A stretch of 64,000 nucleotides of DNA from NCBI GenBank assembly GCA_951406725.2, contig OX597831.1:12772001-12836000 (forward strand), in the 5' to 3' direction. The notes beneath the pieces are model-generated. The model saw only the letters and a list, made by a program, of their open reading frames with translations. It had not been told where the DNA came from and ran no database searches. The DNA comes from Octopus vulgaris (Eukaryota). This document shows positions 13,028 to 30,961 of this stretch, in pieces (positions within the stretch are counted from its first letter, which is position 1; every line of letters starts with the position of its first letter). The translations under genes were made by a program, and so were the position numbers.

Positions 13028-13259
13028 ATAATGGCTCTCCCAAGACACAAGATTTATTTCAACACACAAATTCTCTTCAAAAATCTTGTAAACCAATTAT
13101 GAAAACAAAATGAAACAAAGAGAAAGATTTCAAAGGTAATTTCATCCTATTGTCATGGCATCAAAGAAAATGCCACTCCACAAGAGAATGGTGCTGAAAT
13201 AATAAATAACCAAAAAAAACAGAGCAGCGAATCCTGATAATATTTATAGTAAAAATAAA

Positions 13260-13463
13260 CCTTTCTTCTAATAGGCACAAGAGATGGGAGGGTGTTAGTT
13301 AATTACATTGTCCCCAGTGCATAACTGGTATTTATTTTATTGACCCTGACAGGATGAAAGGCAAATCTGATCTTGGTGGAATTTGAACTCAGAACACAGA
13401 GGCAGAAGAAATGTCATTAAACATTTTGTCAATTGTGCAAACAATTCTGTGAGTTTGCTTCCT
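13260..13463 (-). mobile_element. SINE family B, diverged
   Basis: aggatgaaaggcaaa...gaatttgaactcagaac is the reverse complement of the family B body. Confidence 0.65.
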
Positions 13464-13471
13464 TATTTATT

Positions 13472-16372
<2,901 letters not shown>

Positions 16373-16403
16373 AATAATAATAATAATAATAATATTAATA
16401 ATA

Positions 16404-16442
<39 letters not shown>

Positions 16443-16448
<6 letters not shown>

Positions 16449-16674
16449 CCTTTTGAGTAGGATGGGCTATTTGGCCTGAAGAAAATTTTAACTGGGCCCT
16501 ACCTGCAAGGTCATGCACTGTTTATCTTGATATGAGATTACCATGTCATGCACATATGGTTATGATGCATGTGCCTGGTCTACCCATATCAGATGGGTTG
16601 TCATGACGGGTATATTGGGCTTCTTATATTTGTACCCCAGCGTCACTTTCATAGCATGCGCCGCTTTCTCACTC
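16443..16674 (+). mobile_element. Short element ending in an (AAT)n tail; possible 3' UTR or SINE of a second TAA-targeting element
   Basis: Unique 230-bp block between (TTA)n and (TAA)n, same tail polarity as the R4/Dong copy. Confidence 0.4.
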
Positions 16675-16686
16675 AATAATAATAAC

Positions 16687-16725
<39 letters not shown>

Positions 16726-17250
16726 TTATATTGCTGCAGAAATAGAATTTTTACGCTAAATTTAGAAAATGGTGTTATTGTTATTTTGCCCTCAGTGGTT
16801 TCTGATTTACTCTTGTAATAGGTTTCATGGTACTATAACCATGCTGGAAGACCCCCTCGTAGGGTTAGTTAAGAAATCAAACCCAGTGATTATTTCAAGT
16901 CTGAGAATTATTTTATTTGTCTCTTTAGCCGAACCACTAAGTCACAGGGACATAAAAAAAATCAACACCTGTTGTCAAGCAGTGAGTTGGGGGACAAACA
17001 CAAATACATGTACACACACATATATAGAATGGGTTTCTCATGGTTTCCATCTACCAAATACACTCACATGTATTGGTTGGTAGTGGGACTGAAGCCAAAA
17101 TTACATCATCAAGAAGAAAACTTCTTAACCTAAATCATACCCATGCTTAAAAAATATGTCAGTGCCTATAATGAGATTGTGCCTATAGTCATTCCCATGC
17201 CTATAGCCAGTCTGTGTCTTATAGCCATGCCTATAATTTTTCTTGTCGCA

Positions 17251-17458
17251 TTAACCCATTCGTTACTGTGTTTCTTCCAATTATTTTAAATATAACAAAT
17301 AATTAAGTAAAATAACGTTGTTATCATTAAGCTAGTGTTAGGAACATAAATTGTGACTAAGGTTTGGTGGAAGATTTTAATTCAGAACTTTTGAAAACCA
17401 GACATTTGTACTAAAGAGCCAGAGCCGGTTTCAGCCAGGTTGGTAACGAAAGAGTTAA
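17251..17458. mobile_element. piggyBac-like MITE (TTAA-CCC termini)
   Basis: TTAACCCATTCGTTAC...GTAACGAAAGAGTTAA; reverse complement of copies at 43986 and 44239. Confidence 0.75.
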
Positions 17459-18244
17459 TTAATTTCCATAAGCTCAATTTTGTTAACACTTTATTTGTGA
17501 CATAGTTTTCATTTTACCCCTGAGGGTGTTACCACTTTGAAAATGTAGTTTCGACAAGGTCACCGAGCTCCTTACTTCCAATGCAACTAGCAAAAGAATG
17601 TACATCCAGTTACGTCGGAAGGAAGCAGTAAGTAGAAATGAAGACAATATATCACAAAGAGCTTAAGAATTTTTAAAAACTCAAAGGATTTTAATAGAAA
17701 GAAGCATAAAGAGAAAAACTAAAATGTTCTTATGGAAACAAAAAGTTAGGTCATGACGATTTAACACATGAAAAATCAATAGTTGTAAGTTGAATTTGTA
17801 AATTAAAGTATCATGTCTACAGAGATTCTGGAGTTTGTTCTTTGTTTTTTTGCTTTTTTACATGATAAATGAAATTATCAAATATCTGATTTTTCTATTG
17901 TTGGATAGGTTATAATTTAAAAAAGAATAAAAATTATATCTTTTGACAAAGAATTTTGTTTTAAAAAGACAGATAAAATAGTTTACAAAATACAAAAACA
18001 AAGATGTTATGTAATGAAAATGTCAAACTAAGAATTATAGATAACGAATATTGCATTATTAACAATAATGTTTCACTGTTGCAACCAACAGTGAGCTCTT
18101 AGCTTCCTCCCAATGGAAGCTTGCACTAAGTAATTGCAGAGAGACTCTGTAGCTATGTGTAAGAGAGGACTGCCGAGTATGCAATGTTTATGACACACCT
18201 ATCTTCCCTGCCTGCTACTCCTGGGAAAGTCATGGGAGATGAGT

Positions 18245-18590
18245 CCTCGGGTACATCCTCCCTAGGGTCATATAACAAGCAACCACCATTATATTTTCTG
18301 ACTGGATTCCCAAGCTTGACCAACTGACACCATGGATATTACTTGACCATCTCATTCTTGGTCTACCTCAAGGTATCTCGTCAGATGACTTGACTCAAAA
18401 ACTCCATTTTGTAATCCTTTCCTGTGACATTCCGATCATGTGTCCATAGTACTGGAGCTTTGACCTCTCAGTCTGAAGTAGTGGCTTGACCTGGAGAAAC
18501 TCCCTGATCTCTGAGCTATGCACCTTCTAAAGTAACGTTACTCCAGAGATCCCTCGGGCAAACCCCATTTTGGCCACTTGTATTCACAAT
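18245..18590 (-). pseudogene. RTE-clade (Expander/Rex3-like) LINE C-terminal remnant
   Basis: IQVAKMGFARGISGVTLL*KVHSSEIREFLQVKPLLQTERSKLQYYGHMIGM...GRPRMRWSS..WSSLGI. Confidence 0.75.
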
Positions 18591-19690
18591 CATGTTGACA
18601 AATGACAAATTCAATGAGAGCAGTGGTTAACAGAGATGCAGCAGCCGTCTCCAATGACGGATGGTTGAGAGTAGCTCAGAAGAGGGCAGCAAATATCAAA
18701 AGGGTTCTATGAGTGGGTGATGGGGGTTTAGAGAGGCTGGTAGTATTTAAACCAGGAACTATACTTATATTTTAAGCCATATGTGTGAGAACGAAATTTA
18801 GGGGTACAAAACCAAGTTTTATTGGGAGGATGTTTAAAACATTTACATTACCTTACTAAAATTGTAGGGGGTGTCTGAGCACCCCAATTCCTGAGCCAAT
18901 GACTTGACACATTTTCTCAAAAAAAAATTTATAAATCTCAGCTGGAATTAGAATATGACTAAGACATTGTGTAACCAGTGAACAGAAAACAAAGGAGATG
19001 AAGCACCAAGGCCTAATGTTGGCAATTTACTTATTTTACATCTAAATTAGTTAATTTAACTTTTCAAATAATTACTCTTTATCAAAATAAAGTAGAAATA
19101 TATAAATGCTCTGTTTGGTCACTTTGCTTATTTTCAAGTCCTTTATAAAATTTGTTCTCATTATCATCATCGTCAATTAACGTCTGCTTTCCATGCTGGC
19201 ATGGGTTGGACGGTTTGGCATGGGTCAGACTGCATGGCTTGGATGGTTTGTCCTCCCACCATCGCTTGACAACCAATGTTGGTGTATTTACATTCTTGCA
19301 ACTTAGTGGTTTAGCAAAGGAGACTGATAGAATAAGAACTAGGCTTACAAAGAATAAGTTCTGGGGTTGATTGCCACAGTCCAATGACTGAAAGAAATAA
19401 AAGAATAAAAGAATATATATATATATATACATATACACACACACACAATGGTCTTGTTTCAGTTTCTGCCTACTAAATCCACTCACAACGTTTTGGTCAG
19501 CCCAGGGCTAAAGAAGACATTTGTCCAAGGTGCCACACAGTACGATTGAACTTGGAACCATGTGGTTGGAAAGCAAACTTCTTACCACACAGCCATGCCC
19601 CCACCATACTTTGCAAAGGAAGACAAAATTTACACAAAATGCACACACAGACATAAACACACACACACACACACACACAGAGAGAGACAT

Positions 19691-19730
<40 letters not shown>

Positions 19731-20128
19731 CAAAATATCTAGAGGCAACATTATTATTGCTTTACATAGGGAAAGGCTATTTTGAAAATTGCAATCCAAG
19801 ACAGCTCTAATGAGGCAGAGCGTCACAATAGGAATATTTCTCATTAGCAGTCGTGTTTAATTATAGTTTCCCTAGGGATAAACAAAATGAACACAACGAC
19901 ATTACAAAAAACGAAATGCTCATTAGATTTCAGAATTAAATACATTACAATAGATGATATTAAATGAGAAGATGATGAAGCCCCTGTGTAGATAGTTGGC
20001 CAGCTAGAAATAACAATCAAATCTTCCTCAAACTACACTCTTCAGGACACATTTGATAATGTAGTCCTAGTTTTAATTATGCCTGGAATCTATTTGATAG
20101 ATTATCCTTTTTCAATATATCCTGGAGT

Positions 20129-20345
20129 CAAGGCAGTGAGCTGGCAGCAATGTTCGCATGCTGGGTGAAATGCTCAGCGGTATTTCGTCTGTCTTTACGT
20201 TCTGAGTTCAAATTCCGCCGCGGTCGACTTTGCCTTTCATCCTTTTGTGGTCGATAAATTAGGTACCAGTCACATACTGGGGTCAATTTAACTGACTGGC
20301 CCCCTCCCCTAAAATTTCGGGCCTTGTGCCTAAAGTAGAAAAGAA
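20129..20345 (+). mobile_element. SINE family B
   Basis: Family B head and body, well preserved. Confidence 0.8.
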
Positions 20346-20810
20346 TATGTCCTAGTGTTAAATAACAACAAGATATATACGACATTCCTTAGCCTAAAGA
20401 AGTCTTTTGTCAATGTACTGTAGTCTCTTCGAATGCTGAGGAGAGAAGCTAATACGGGAAAGAGAGGAGGAGAGACAGAAAGAGAGAAGCTAATAGGAGA
20501 AAGAGAGGGAGAAAGAGAAAGGCAACTAAGAGACCTATTGGTCTTTTTTGCCAAACCATGAGTTGACAACCCTCAATACTAACCCCTCCCACCACTCATT
20601 ACTTGGTGACCTCACTGCTGCTGCTGGTGCCCCACAAAAAGGACCCAGTCCACTCTGTAAAGTGGTTGGCTTTGGGAAGGAGAGCCAACCATAGAAACCA
20701 TGTCAATGCAGACAGCAGTTATCTGACTTGCCAGTTCCTATAGAACCACCCAATCCATGCTAGCATGGAAAACGTAATTTAAATGATACACACACAACAC
20801 ACACACACAC

Positions 20811-21090
20811 AGTTGAAATTTACAGAAAAATAAAAGATGAAGACAGGTGTATGAACAATAAGCAGGTGTATTAGTTTGATGCTTGGGAAACTGAGAAAAT
20901 CTTTTACATTTTGAGCCTACACTCTTCAACAGAAAGGAACACGAGAAAATAAACAGAGAGAGAATAAAAGAACTTGTAGATTTAGTGATCAATTCATGGC
21001 GGCTGGTTGGAAAATGGTGGTTGACAGAAGAGCTAGGAAGAAGGGGAGATAATAAAGTACTGGTGATCCCAAAACAAAGGTGTGCATGCG
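20811..21090 (-). mobile_element. Short hammerhead-bearing element (CUGUUGA family), degenerate
   Basis: Minus 20937-20900: CCTTT-CTGTTGA-AGAGTGTAGGCTC-AAAA-TGTA-AAAGA; homologous to 31535-31738. Confidence 0.55.
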
Positions 21091-21219
21091 GGTGTGTATG
21101 TGAAAGTGTGTAAGTGTGTGTGTGTGAATATATATATATGACCATGTGACCAACCAGGTTATCAGATGTTGTTACACATCGCTGGTCACAATAAACTTTT
21201 ACATTGTTTTAGCCTTTAA

Positions 21220-21534
21220 ATGATGATGATGATGATGATAGATAGATAGATAGAGAGAGAGAGAGTGAGAGAGAGAGAGAGTGAGAGAGAGAGAGAGTGA
21301 GAGAGAGAGAGAGTGAGTGAGAGAGAAAGAAGTGGAGTGTAAATAGATAAATATTGTGTGAATTGCCTTTCAAGACCCAGCAATGCGGTTTCTCACAGAA
21401 AGCCAACTTATTGCTTTGAGTAACGAATAGCCAGAACATGGCTTTGCAGTTTGTGGACTTCCTTGGAAATGAGAGAGAGAGAATGCTGAGAGAAGAGAGG
21501 GAGGAAGAGAGAGAGAGAGGGCAAGAGAGAAAGC

Positions 21535-21573
<39 letters not shown>

Positions 21574-21799
21574 AAGAGACATAGGTACAAGATGAGAAAC
21601 AGCTAAGACAAGAGAGAGAAAAAGTGAAAACAAGAGAGAGAGAACGAGAAGTGAAAAGAGAGTAAGTCAAAAGAGAGAGAGAGAGAGAGAAAGCTATGAG
21701 TAGATAAAGTGAAAGGTAAGAGAAAAGAGAGAGAGAGAGAGAGAGAACTAAGAGAAGGGTGTGTGAAAGGAGAGAATCACACACATAGATAGTCAGTGG

Positions 21800-21833
<34 letters not shown>

Positions 21834-22195
21834 GATACAAATAGTTAGATGGAGACAGAGAAAGAGACAGAGAGAGTGAGAGAGAGAGAAACAGACAAAA
21901 AAGGAATGAGAGACATACAGAGAGAAAAACACACACACACACACACATATAGACACAATGAGATAGATAGATAGAGACAAAGAAACAGAGACACACACAC
22001 ACACACAAACACACACTCAAACAGAGAGAGAGAGAGAGAGAAAGAAAGAGAGAAACAGAAAGACAGAGAGAGAGAGAATGAGATAAATAGATAGATAGAT
22101 AGGGACAGAGAAACAGAGACACACACACACAAACACACACTCAGACAGACAGACAGACAAAGAAAGAGAGAGAGAAAGAAAGAGAGAGAGAGAGG
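21220..22195. repeat. Compound (GA)n/(GATA)n/(CA)n microsatellite tract
   Basis: Direct inspection. Confidence 0.9.
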
Positions 22196-22817
22196 CAGTG
22201 AATGGGAGTGTCTTCCTGGGTAATTGATAAGGTTGTCAGCTGGTAAGGGATAAAAACACAGACATTGTGTTCTTTTTTTGTGCTGTGAGTGTGGTTGTTA
22301 CTCTCCCCTGTCACTCACCCATCCGAGTATTAATTCCCTTCTAAGAACACTCTCCAATTACTTATCACGTACCTGGAGTCTCAGGTCAAAATTAGAAACC
22401 AGATATCATCGAACTCTCGTCAAACACGGTCAAGAAATGATAGACTGGAAATGCGACATGCATAACTGAAGTAATTCAGTTGGTATTTTAATGTCATGGG
22501 TTCTAATCCCAATGTGTGTGTGTGTGTGTCATGTACATATATACATGCATATAAATGTGTGTGCATATATGTATGCGTGTATGTCACATGCATTTGTAAG
22601 GGTGCGTGTGTGAGTGTGTGTGTGTGTGAAAATGTCATTAGTGATGGACCTTTGCTGAAACTGCACCGACTAGGATGCATAATTCCATACAGTGCAATAT
22701 GCATCTGGTGCAGTAGAGACACATATGTTGGCCGTTGTTATATTTAAGCTGTAGAAAACTTTTTCACAACAAAGTGGTGGATGGAAAAAATCTCCATTAC
22801 TTAAATACTTTCTACCT

Positions 22818-23530
<713 letters not shown>

Positions 23531-23551
23531 AGTTATTGATTTATTTCATAC

Positions 23552-23616
23552 CTGAGAAGACTGTAAATATTTCACCTCTGAATTATAAATATGTATAGCC
23601 TCCATATGTGACTTAC
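23552..23616 (-). other. Candidate 65-nt exon / recursive splice site (polyY-CAG|GTAAGT ... CAG|GTATGA)
   Basis: Minus: ttttcttattctttttttttccag|GTAAGT...TCTTCTCAG|gtatga; one frame open (KSHMEAIHIYNSEVKYLQSSQ). Confidence 0.4.
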
Positions 23617-24168
23617 CTGGAAAAAAAAAGAATAAGAAAAAAATGAAAAAAAGATTATTTTAATATCAAGAGATTTAAACATAACAGAATTCATTATAAG
23701 CAACAACTTTTTTTGTCAATATTAGTCACCCCCTCATTCACCTGTTTATTCTCATACAACACAACACAGATGAAAAAGCAACATTAATAATTGTATATAT
23801 TTTTCTATTTCAGGACAGTAATCTTTTCTATGTATGTCAAAGCTTTCCCAAATAAACTTGCATTTCGTTTTGGAAACTCTGAGGAAGCTATAAGGCATGC
23901 GTTCACTGCACGTGTAGCAGAAACGACTACAAACTATTGAAGTCCTTTATAATTTCCATTTCCTTTGTCAATGAATTTCACACACACACACACACACATA
24001 TATCAAGAGGTAATTTTGATCTCCAACTCAGTGTAGAGATTGTGTTAGAACACAAAATACTGAGTTATTTATTTTAAGAGGACCTCCCATAAGGACTCCT
24101 GGTGCATAAGGTTACCTTTTGGTGTGATGCTGCTTCTGTCGGTATCAATTATTATTGGAACATATATG

Positions 24169-24174
<6 letters not shown>

Positions 24175-24248
<74 letters not shown>

Positions 24249-24317
24249 CAGAGAGAGAAAGAGAAAGAAAGAGAGACAGACAGAGAGAGAAAGAGAAAGA
24301 AAGAGAGAGAGACAGAG

Positions 24318-24348
<31 letters not shown>

Positions 24349-24535
24349 AAGAGAGAGAGACAGACAGAGAGAGAAAGAGAAAGAAAGAAAGAGAGAGAGA
24401 GAAAGAGAGAGAAAGAGAAAGAAAGAGAGAGAGAGACAGAGAGAGAAAGAGAGAGAGACATAGAGGGAAAGAGAAAGAAAGAGAGAGAGAGAGAGACAGA
24501 GAGAGAGAAAGAAAAAGAAAGAAAGAGAGAGAGAG
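24175..24535. repeat. (GA)n / (GAAA)n purine tract
   Basis: Direct inspection. Confidence 0.95.
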
Positions 24536-25384
24536 TTATAGAAAATGCATTTTCTATAACTAATCTAAAATTTCAAAACAGATTTGTTTTCGAATTTAAG
24601 AAAAACATAAAAGGCATTTCACAATATGTTGAGTTCATTTTCACATTACATCTGTCTACACAACTTAAAATAACTGCCAGCCAAGTGGTAATGCAGCTCT
24701 CTGGCTGTCTGTCTGTCTCTCCCCTTCTCCCTCTTTCTCTCTCTCTCACTCTTTCTCTCTCTCTCTCTCTCTCTTTTCTCTCTTTTCAGCTCTTCACATT
24801 CTCAATATTCTCTTAGGTCAAGGGTGAAAGTGTTGAGGGGGATGTGTCAATGACCGGACTGCATGTGACTACAGAGTCACCTTAAGCAACATGTGAAAGC
24901 ATGGTGCAAGCCACAAGAGCATGCTTCCAAATGACAGCGAAGCTTAGACACACACACACACACTGTTCTAATGTCCACATTTTTATGCTTGCATCGATGG
25001 TGCATACAGAGGTAGCTTTTTTACGGCTGTATGCCCTTCCTGTCATCAACCCTCGCTTGCTTCTAAGCAAAGCAATATTTCTTTGTAGCCAGACATGGTT
25101 TCACAGAAGCTAGAAATGAATGACACTGCGTGTATAACAGTGACACTCATTTACAACAACTGCACAATGCCAAGACATGGAGGGGACAGAAACACACAGA
25201 CATACAAAGTTCTTACCATAAAGCAATGCCTAGATCCCTTTTCTTTATTATTTCTCATCAGCAGAAATTTACAAAAGCAACTCAGTGGGTGAGGAATCCG
25301 TGCATGGCATTTACTAAACTGACAAGTGCCATGCATGAAACTCTCAGACCTGAAGTAACTTTTGTAACTACCTGCTGATCGAAA

Positions 25385-25910
25385 ATCATCATCATCATCA
25401 TCGTTTAACGTTTGCTTTCCATGCTAGCATGGGTTGGACGTGTGACTAAGGGCTGGCGAACCAGTTGGCTGCACCAGGCTTCAATCTTGATCTGGCAGAG
25501 TTTCTACAGCTGGATGTCCTTCCTGACGCTAACCACTCCGAGAGTGTAGTGGGTGCTTTTTACATGACACCAGCAAGGGGGCCAGTCAGGTGGTACTGGC
25601 AATGACCTCGCTCGAATTTTTTTTTTTACACATGCCAATGGCACAGGTGCCAGTAAGGTGACGCTGGAAACGATCCCACTCGAATGGTGCCTCCTACATG
25701 CCACTGGCACAGAAGTCAGTTAGCCGCTCTGGCAATGAACACACTCGGATGGTGCTCTTAGCACCCTACAAGCACGGGGCACAAATGCCAGTAAGGCGAA
25801 GCTGGTAACAATCACACTCGAATGGTGCCTTTTATGTGCAACTGGCATGGAAGCCGGTTAGCCACTCTGTCAACGATCGTATGGTGCTCATGCCCGTCAT
25901 CGAATTTCAC
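25385..25910 (-). mobile_element. SINE family C
   Basis: (CAT)n tail at left; reverse complement of the family C body. Confidence 0.75.
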
Positions 25911-26689
25911 TTTGATTGTATATACATAGTTGATTGTATATATATATATATATACATATACACACCCACACATTCAAGGTAGAACCACATAGAAAGCACT
26001 CAGTACACTCTGTAAAGTGGTTAGCAATAGGAAGAGCATCCAGCTGCAGAATCTTTGCCAAGAAAGACAGTTGGAGCCTGGTGCAGCTCTCCATCTTGCC
26101 AACTCCTGTCAAACCATCCAACCCATACCAATATGGAAAACAGACATTAAATAATGATGATGACACACACACACACACATATATATACACACACACATAC
26201 ATCGATATAAATACACAACCATAACATATGAATCATTAACACAAAATCCTGTTTCTGACAAGATTTATGAATTAAATGCTACAAATAAAGACAACACTTG
26301 ATGTTTTAATTGAAACAGTTAGATGTTCATATCACTTGAATATAAATCAATAATGGATTCATAATATTGATATGCAACATCTTCACAGAAAAAGCAAAGA
26401 CAAATAGAAAAGAAAACACAAGAGAAAAACAAAACAAAACAAAAGGCTTCCACTGTTCCTCATAAATTCCATATTATCCGCTTTACCCAACTGAGATCTA
26501 TCCAGATTTATGGTTGACAGGAACTCAATTCCTACTGGTAATTCTCTTCACAGACATCAGTTGCCTTCCACACTTCCTTTCACACAAACTGCCACCATCT
26601 TTATCCTACTATTCTTTTTTCCTCTTTCTTCCCAGCCTATGATGCTTGAGTGGGTAACGATTGTAACCTCTACCAACCCTGACTTCTCT

Positions 26690-27030
26690 CCCTGTGTTCT
26701 CATCTGTCCCTGCACTCTCTTCTGTCACCGTGCTCTCTTTTGTCCCCATGCTCTTTTCTGCCTCTGCAAACTCTTCCATCCCCATGCTCTCTTCTGTCCC
26801 CGCACTCTTTTCTCTCCCTGCGCTCTCTTTTGTCCCAGCACTCTCTTCTGCACCTGTGAACTCTTCCGTCCCCGTGCTCTCTTCCGTCCTCATGCTCACT
26901 TCCGTCCCCGTGCACTCTTCAGTCCCCTCTCTCTCTTCAGTCCTCACACACTCTTCTGTCCCTTCTCTCTCTTCTGTCCCCATGCTCTTTTCTGTCCCCA
27001 CACTCTCTTCTGTCTCTGCGCTCTCTTCTC
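26690..27030. repeat. 18-bp tandem repeat (about 19 copies, consensus TGCTCTCTTCTGTCCCCR)
   Basis: Explains the 6-aa periodic ORFs ALFCPH / TEESAG. Confidence 0.85.
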
Positions 27031-28959
27031 CCACCACCCTTTCTCATGAGATTATACCTCGGTTGCTTATCCTCCTGCAGCTCAACTCTCCCCACTCTCC
27101 TACCACTAACTCACACTAAACCCCTGACCCAACATTTCACTTCCTTTTTTATTGCCCCCTTCTCTACCACTGTTTTGTTAGTCCTTCTCCTACCACTCTC
27201 TCTTACAAACAATAAAACTGTGTAACTCCAAGAATTCTCTAGGACCTTGATGACCCATCCAACCCATGTTGGTATGACAAAAAGACTGATTCACCTCATC
27301 ACTGGGCCCACCAACTCCTTGCACCCCATTACTGTTAGAACTTTGGCCATCCTCTCCTTCATACTAATCCTTGATATTATTCTTCCTATCTCCTGCAACA
27401 TTGTTCCTTCTGTTTTCCTTTCCATTACCATCCTCACAACTGTAAATTAATTCCATAAATCATAACGGTTCTCTTTTAAGTTGACCCTAATAGTGTTGGT
27501 GCCACAAAATACATCCACAAGATTTTGTGATTGGTAATCAATTTAAGCAACACCTATGCAGGCATCGAAAGGTTTCTTCAGTCTTGCTGATGAAGAAGCA
27601 ACTTCTGTAGTGCTGCTGCCACGGGGAAATACATCAAGTACATTCTGTGAACTGGTTGGGATTAGGAGAGGCATCCAGCCAAAGAAACCAGGCTAAAAAT
27701 AAGACACGGGAGCAAGACAAGTTCCCCCATCTTATTGAATCCTGTTGAACAATCCTACCTATTTCAGCATGGAAAACAGGCATGAAATGATGAGGATGTG
27801 TATACAGGTATGTGTGTTTGTGTGTGAATGTATGCCTATGTACACACACACACACACACACATATATGTATACATAAATATATACATGTATATTTATATA
27901 TGTCTTGTATATGCACATATATGTGTATACATGCATGTATGTATATATACACATACATATAATGTGGCACTTCACAATATAAAGGAAAGAAGACTGTACG
28001 TATTAAATACACACACACAAGCATATGTGTGCACGTGCACACACACACACACACACACACACACAACATATATATGTATCATTAACACAAAATCCTGTTT
28101 CTGACAAGTTCCATAGTATAAATGCCACAGATAAGCCATCAATTGAGGTTTTAATTGAAACATTTAGACCATCATATATAAATATGATCTTGGATATAAA
28201 TCGATACAAGATTCATAGTAAAACTGTGCAACATTTTCATGGAAAACAAAGGATGTAAAAGAAAAAAAAGCAATCACTACATAGAAAAAAATATTAAAAC
28301 AAAAAAGCAAGAAGGGGGAAAAATAAAAAAGAGACAAGATTAATGGTGATAAATAGACTTAAATTATAGGAAAGTATGAATAGTAATGAAATACATATTG
28401 TAATACTTAACAAATTTACTCTTTTACATAAAAGTGATGAATCTAAAGTGATAGAAATGGTAATTCTCCATTTGTAAAATGCCTGTCATCAACCAACAAC
28501 CATTCTGTCAGATATAATTATTTCTATGAGTCATTATTCTACCAAGAGATTTTATATAAACCATAGAGAAACACAGCCGGAACATGAAGAGATGTAATAC
28601 TTGAGAGGAAAAGCACAAAACTTGAAGTTCTGATACCAGTTAAATTTAATACTGTTTGATATCAATTTAGATCTTCATCACACCTAATTCAACACTTCAG
28701 AACAGAAGTTAACACTTTGTTATTCCATATAAGCTGAGGATATCTGTGAAAAAAAACTAATTTATTTCTGGAGTAAACCACATTCAATATTCATTGCTCC
28801 ATCATCTCTATTTTACCAATGCTTGCAATTCATCACCGCAATTCATCACTTGTGGTTCGCTGTCATCTCTTTCATCAGATTCACCGTCTCAATATCAATT
28901 TTCATTACTTCATAAAGCCTAAGTTTTCCCCTTTTTGCTTGGATCTTCATCACGCAACT

Positions 28960-29165
28960 GTCATCCTTCATATGTAATTCATATCAACACCTGTGCCATT
29001 TTCTCTCTTGCAAATTGCAGCTTGTTTCACCGACACCCCATTTCCATCCAAGCTCATTTGTCTTCTAATATTACACATCTAGCAGAGCATGCTCATCTCA
29101 TTTTTGTACCCAGCCTTCACACATCTCTCTTATTTGATGCCCATGTTTGGCTACCATATAATATC
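28960..29165 (-). pseudogene. Old RTE LINE fragment
   Basis: ILYGSQTW...RL / NEMSMLC*MCNI resembles RTE LYGSETW..EMSMLRWM. Confidence 0.5.
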
Positions 29166-29973
29166 CTTTCTTTGACAGGCCCAATGGCCTGCAATTTCAG
29201 AAGATCAAAAACTCAATATGAAATGCAGCAAGATTTGCAAAGGTAGTGACAATGTTTGAATATTTACACAATATAATACATTGATTTGTATACCAAAAAA
29301 AATGGTATATCACTTTTTCCAGTCCCAGGAGGAGAAAAAAACAAAGAGGATTTTGGCATTAATAAACTGGTACACTTCAATGAAAAGACATTTTGATCCA
29401 AGTATTAAAAAGACTCATAAATTAAATATTAAAGAAATAACAGGCCTAGTTGTTGGATGTTATCCAGAAAGTTGGAGAAATATAACATTTCCCATGATAC
29501 CTCTCACCAGGAATTGGCACAAATTGACAAACTGGAATTGCAATGCAATAATTGATGAGGAGGTAAAAAAAAAAACAATTTAATGATTTCCATTAAAAAT
29601 GAATTAACATGAATAAATATTTCTTTGAAACTGATAATATCACTGTCATTACTTAGTCTCTCGTTATGTGCATTACGATATAGATGTGTGTGTGGCCTGG
29701 TGGTTAAGGCGTTGATCTGACAATCATGGGTTCAGTTCCTTGACTGAATGGTGCATTGTATTCTTGAGGAGAACATTTCATTTCACATTGCACCAGTCCA
29801 CTCAGCTGTAAATGGGTCCCCCCTTGTAACAGATTAGCTTTCCAATTAGGGTGACTGTTGGCCTGATTGCCTTACTAGTGGGGTGGCATCATCAAAAAGG
29901 TAGAAATAATGCAAAGCACACTGTGACCAGTGATGTATAACAACATCATATAGTTTGGTCCATCATGTGATAT

Positions 29974-30961
<988 letters not shown>

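Noticed and set aside
22690-22700. miR-92-like seed TATTGCAC on the minus strand
   Set aside because: The rest of the mature sequence does not match and it runs into the hairpin loop
24069-24816. RE/SL-rich ORFs (also 21.2-22.1 and 58.9-59.3 kb)
   Set aside because: (GA)n tracts
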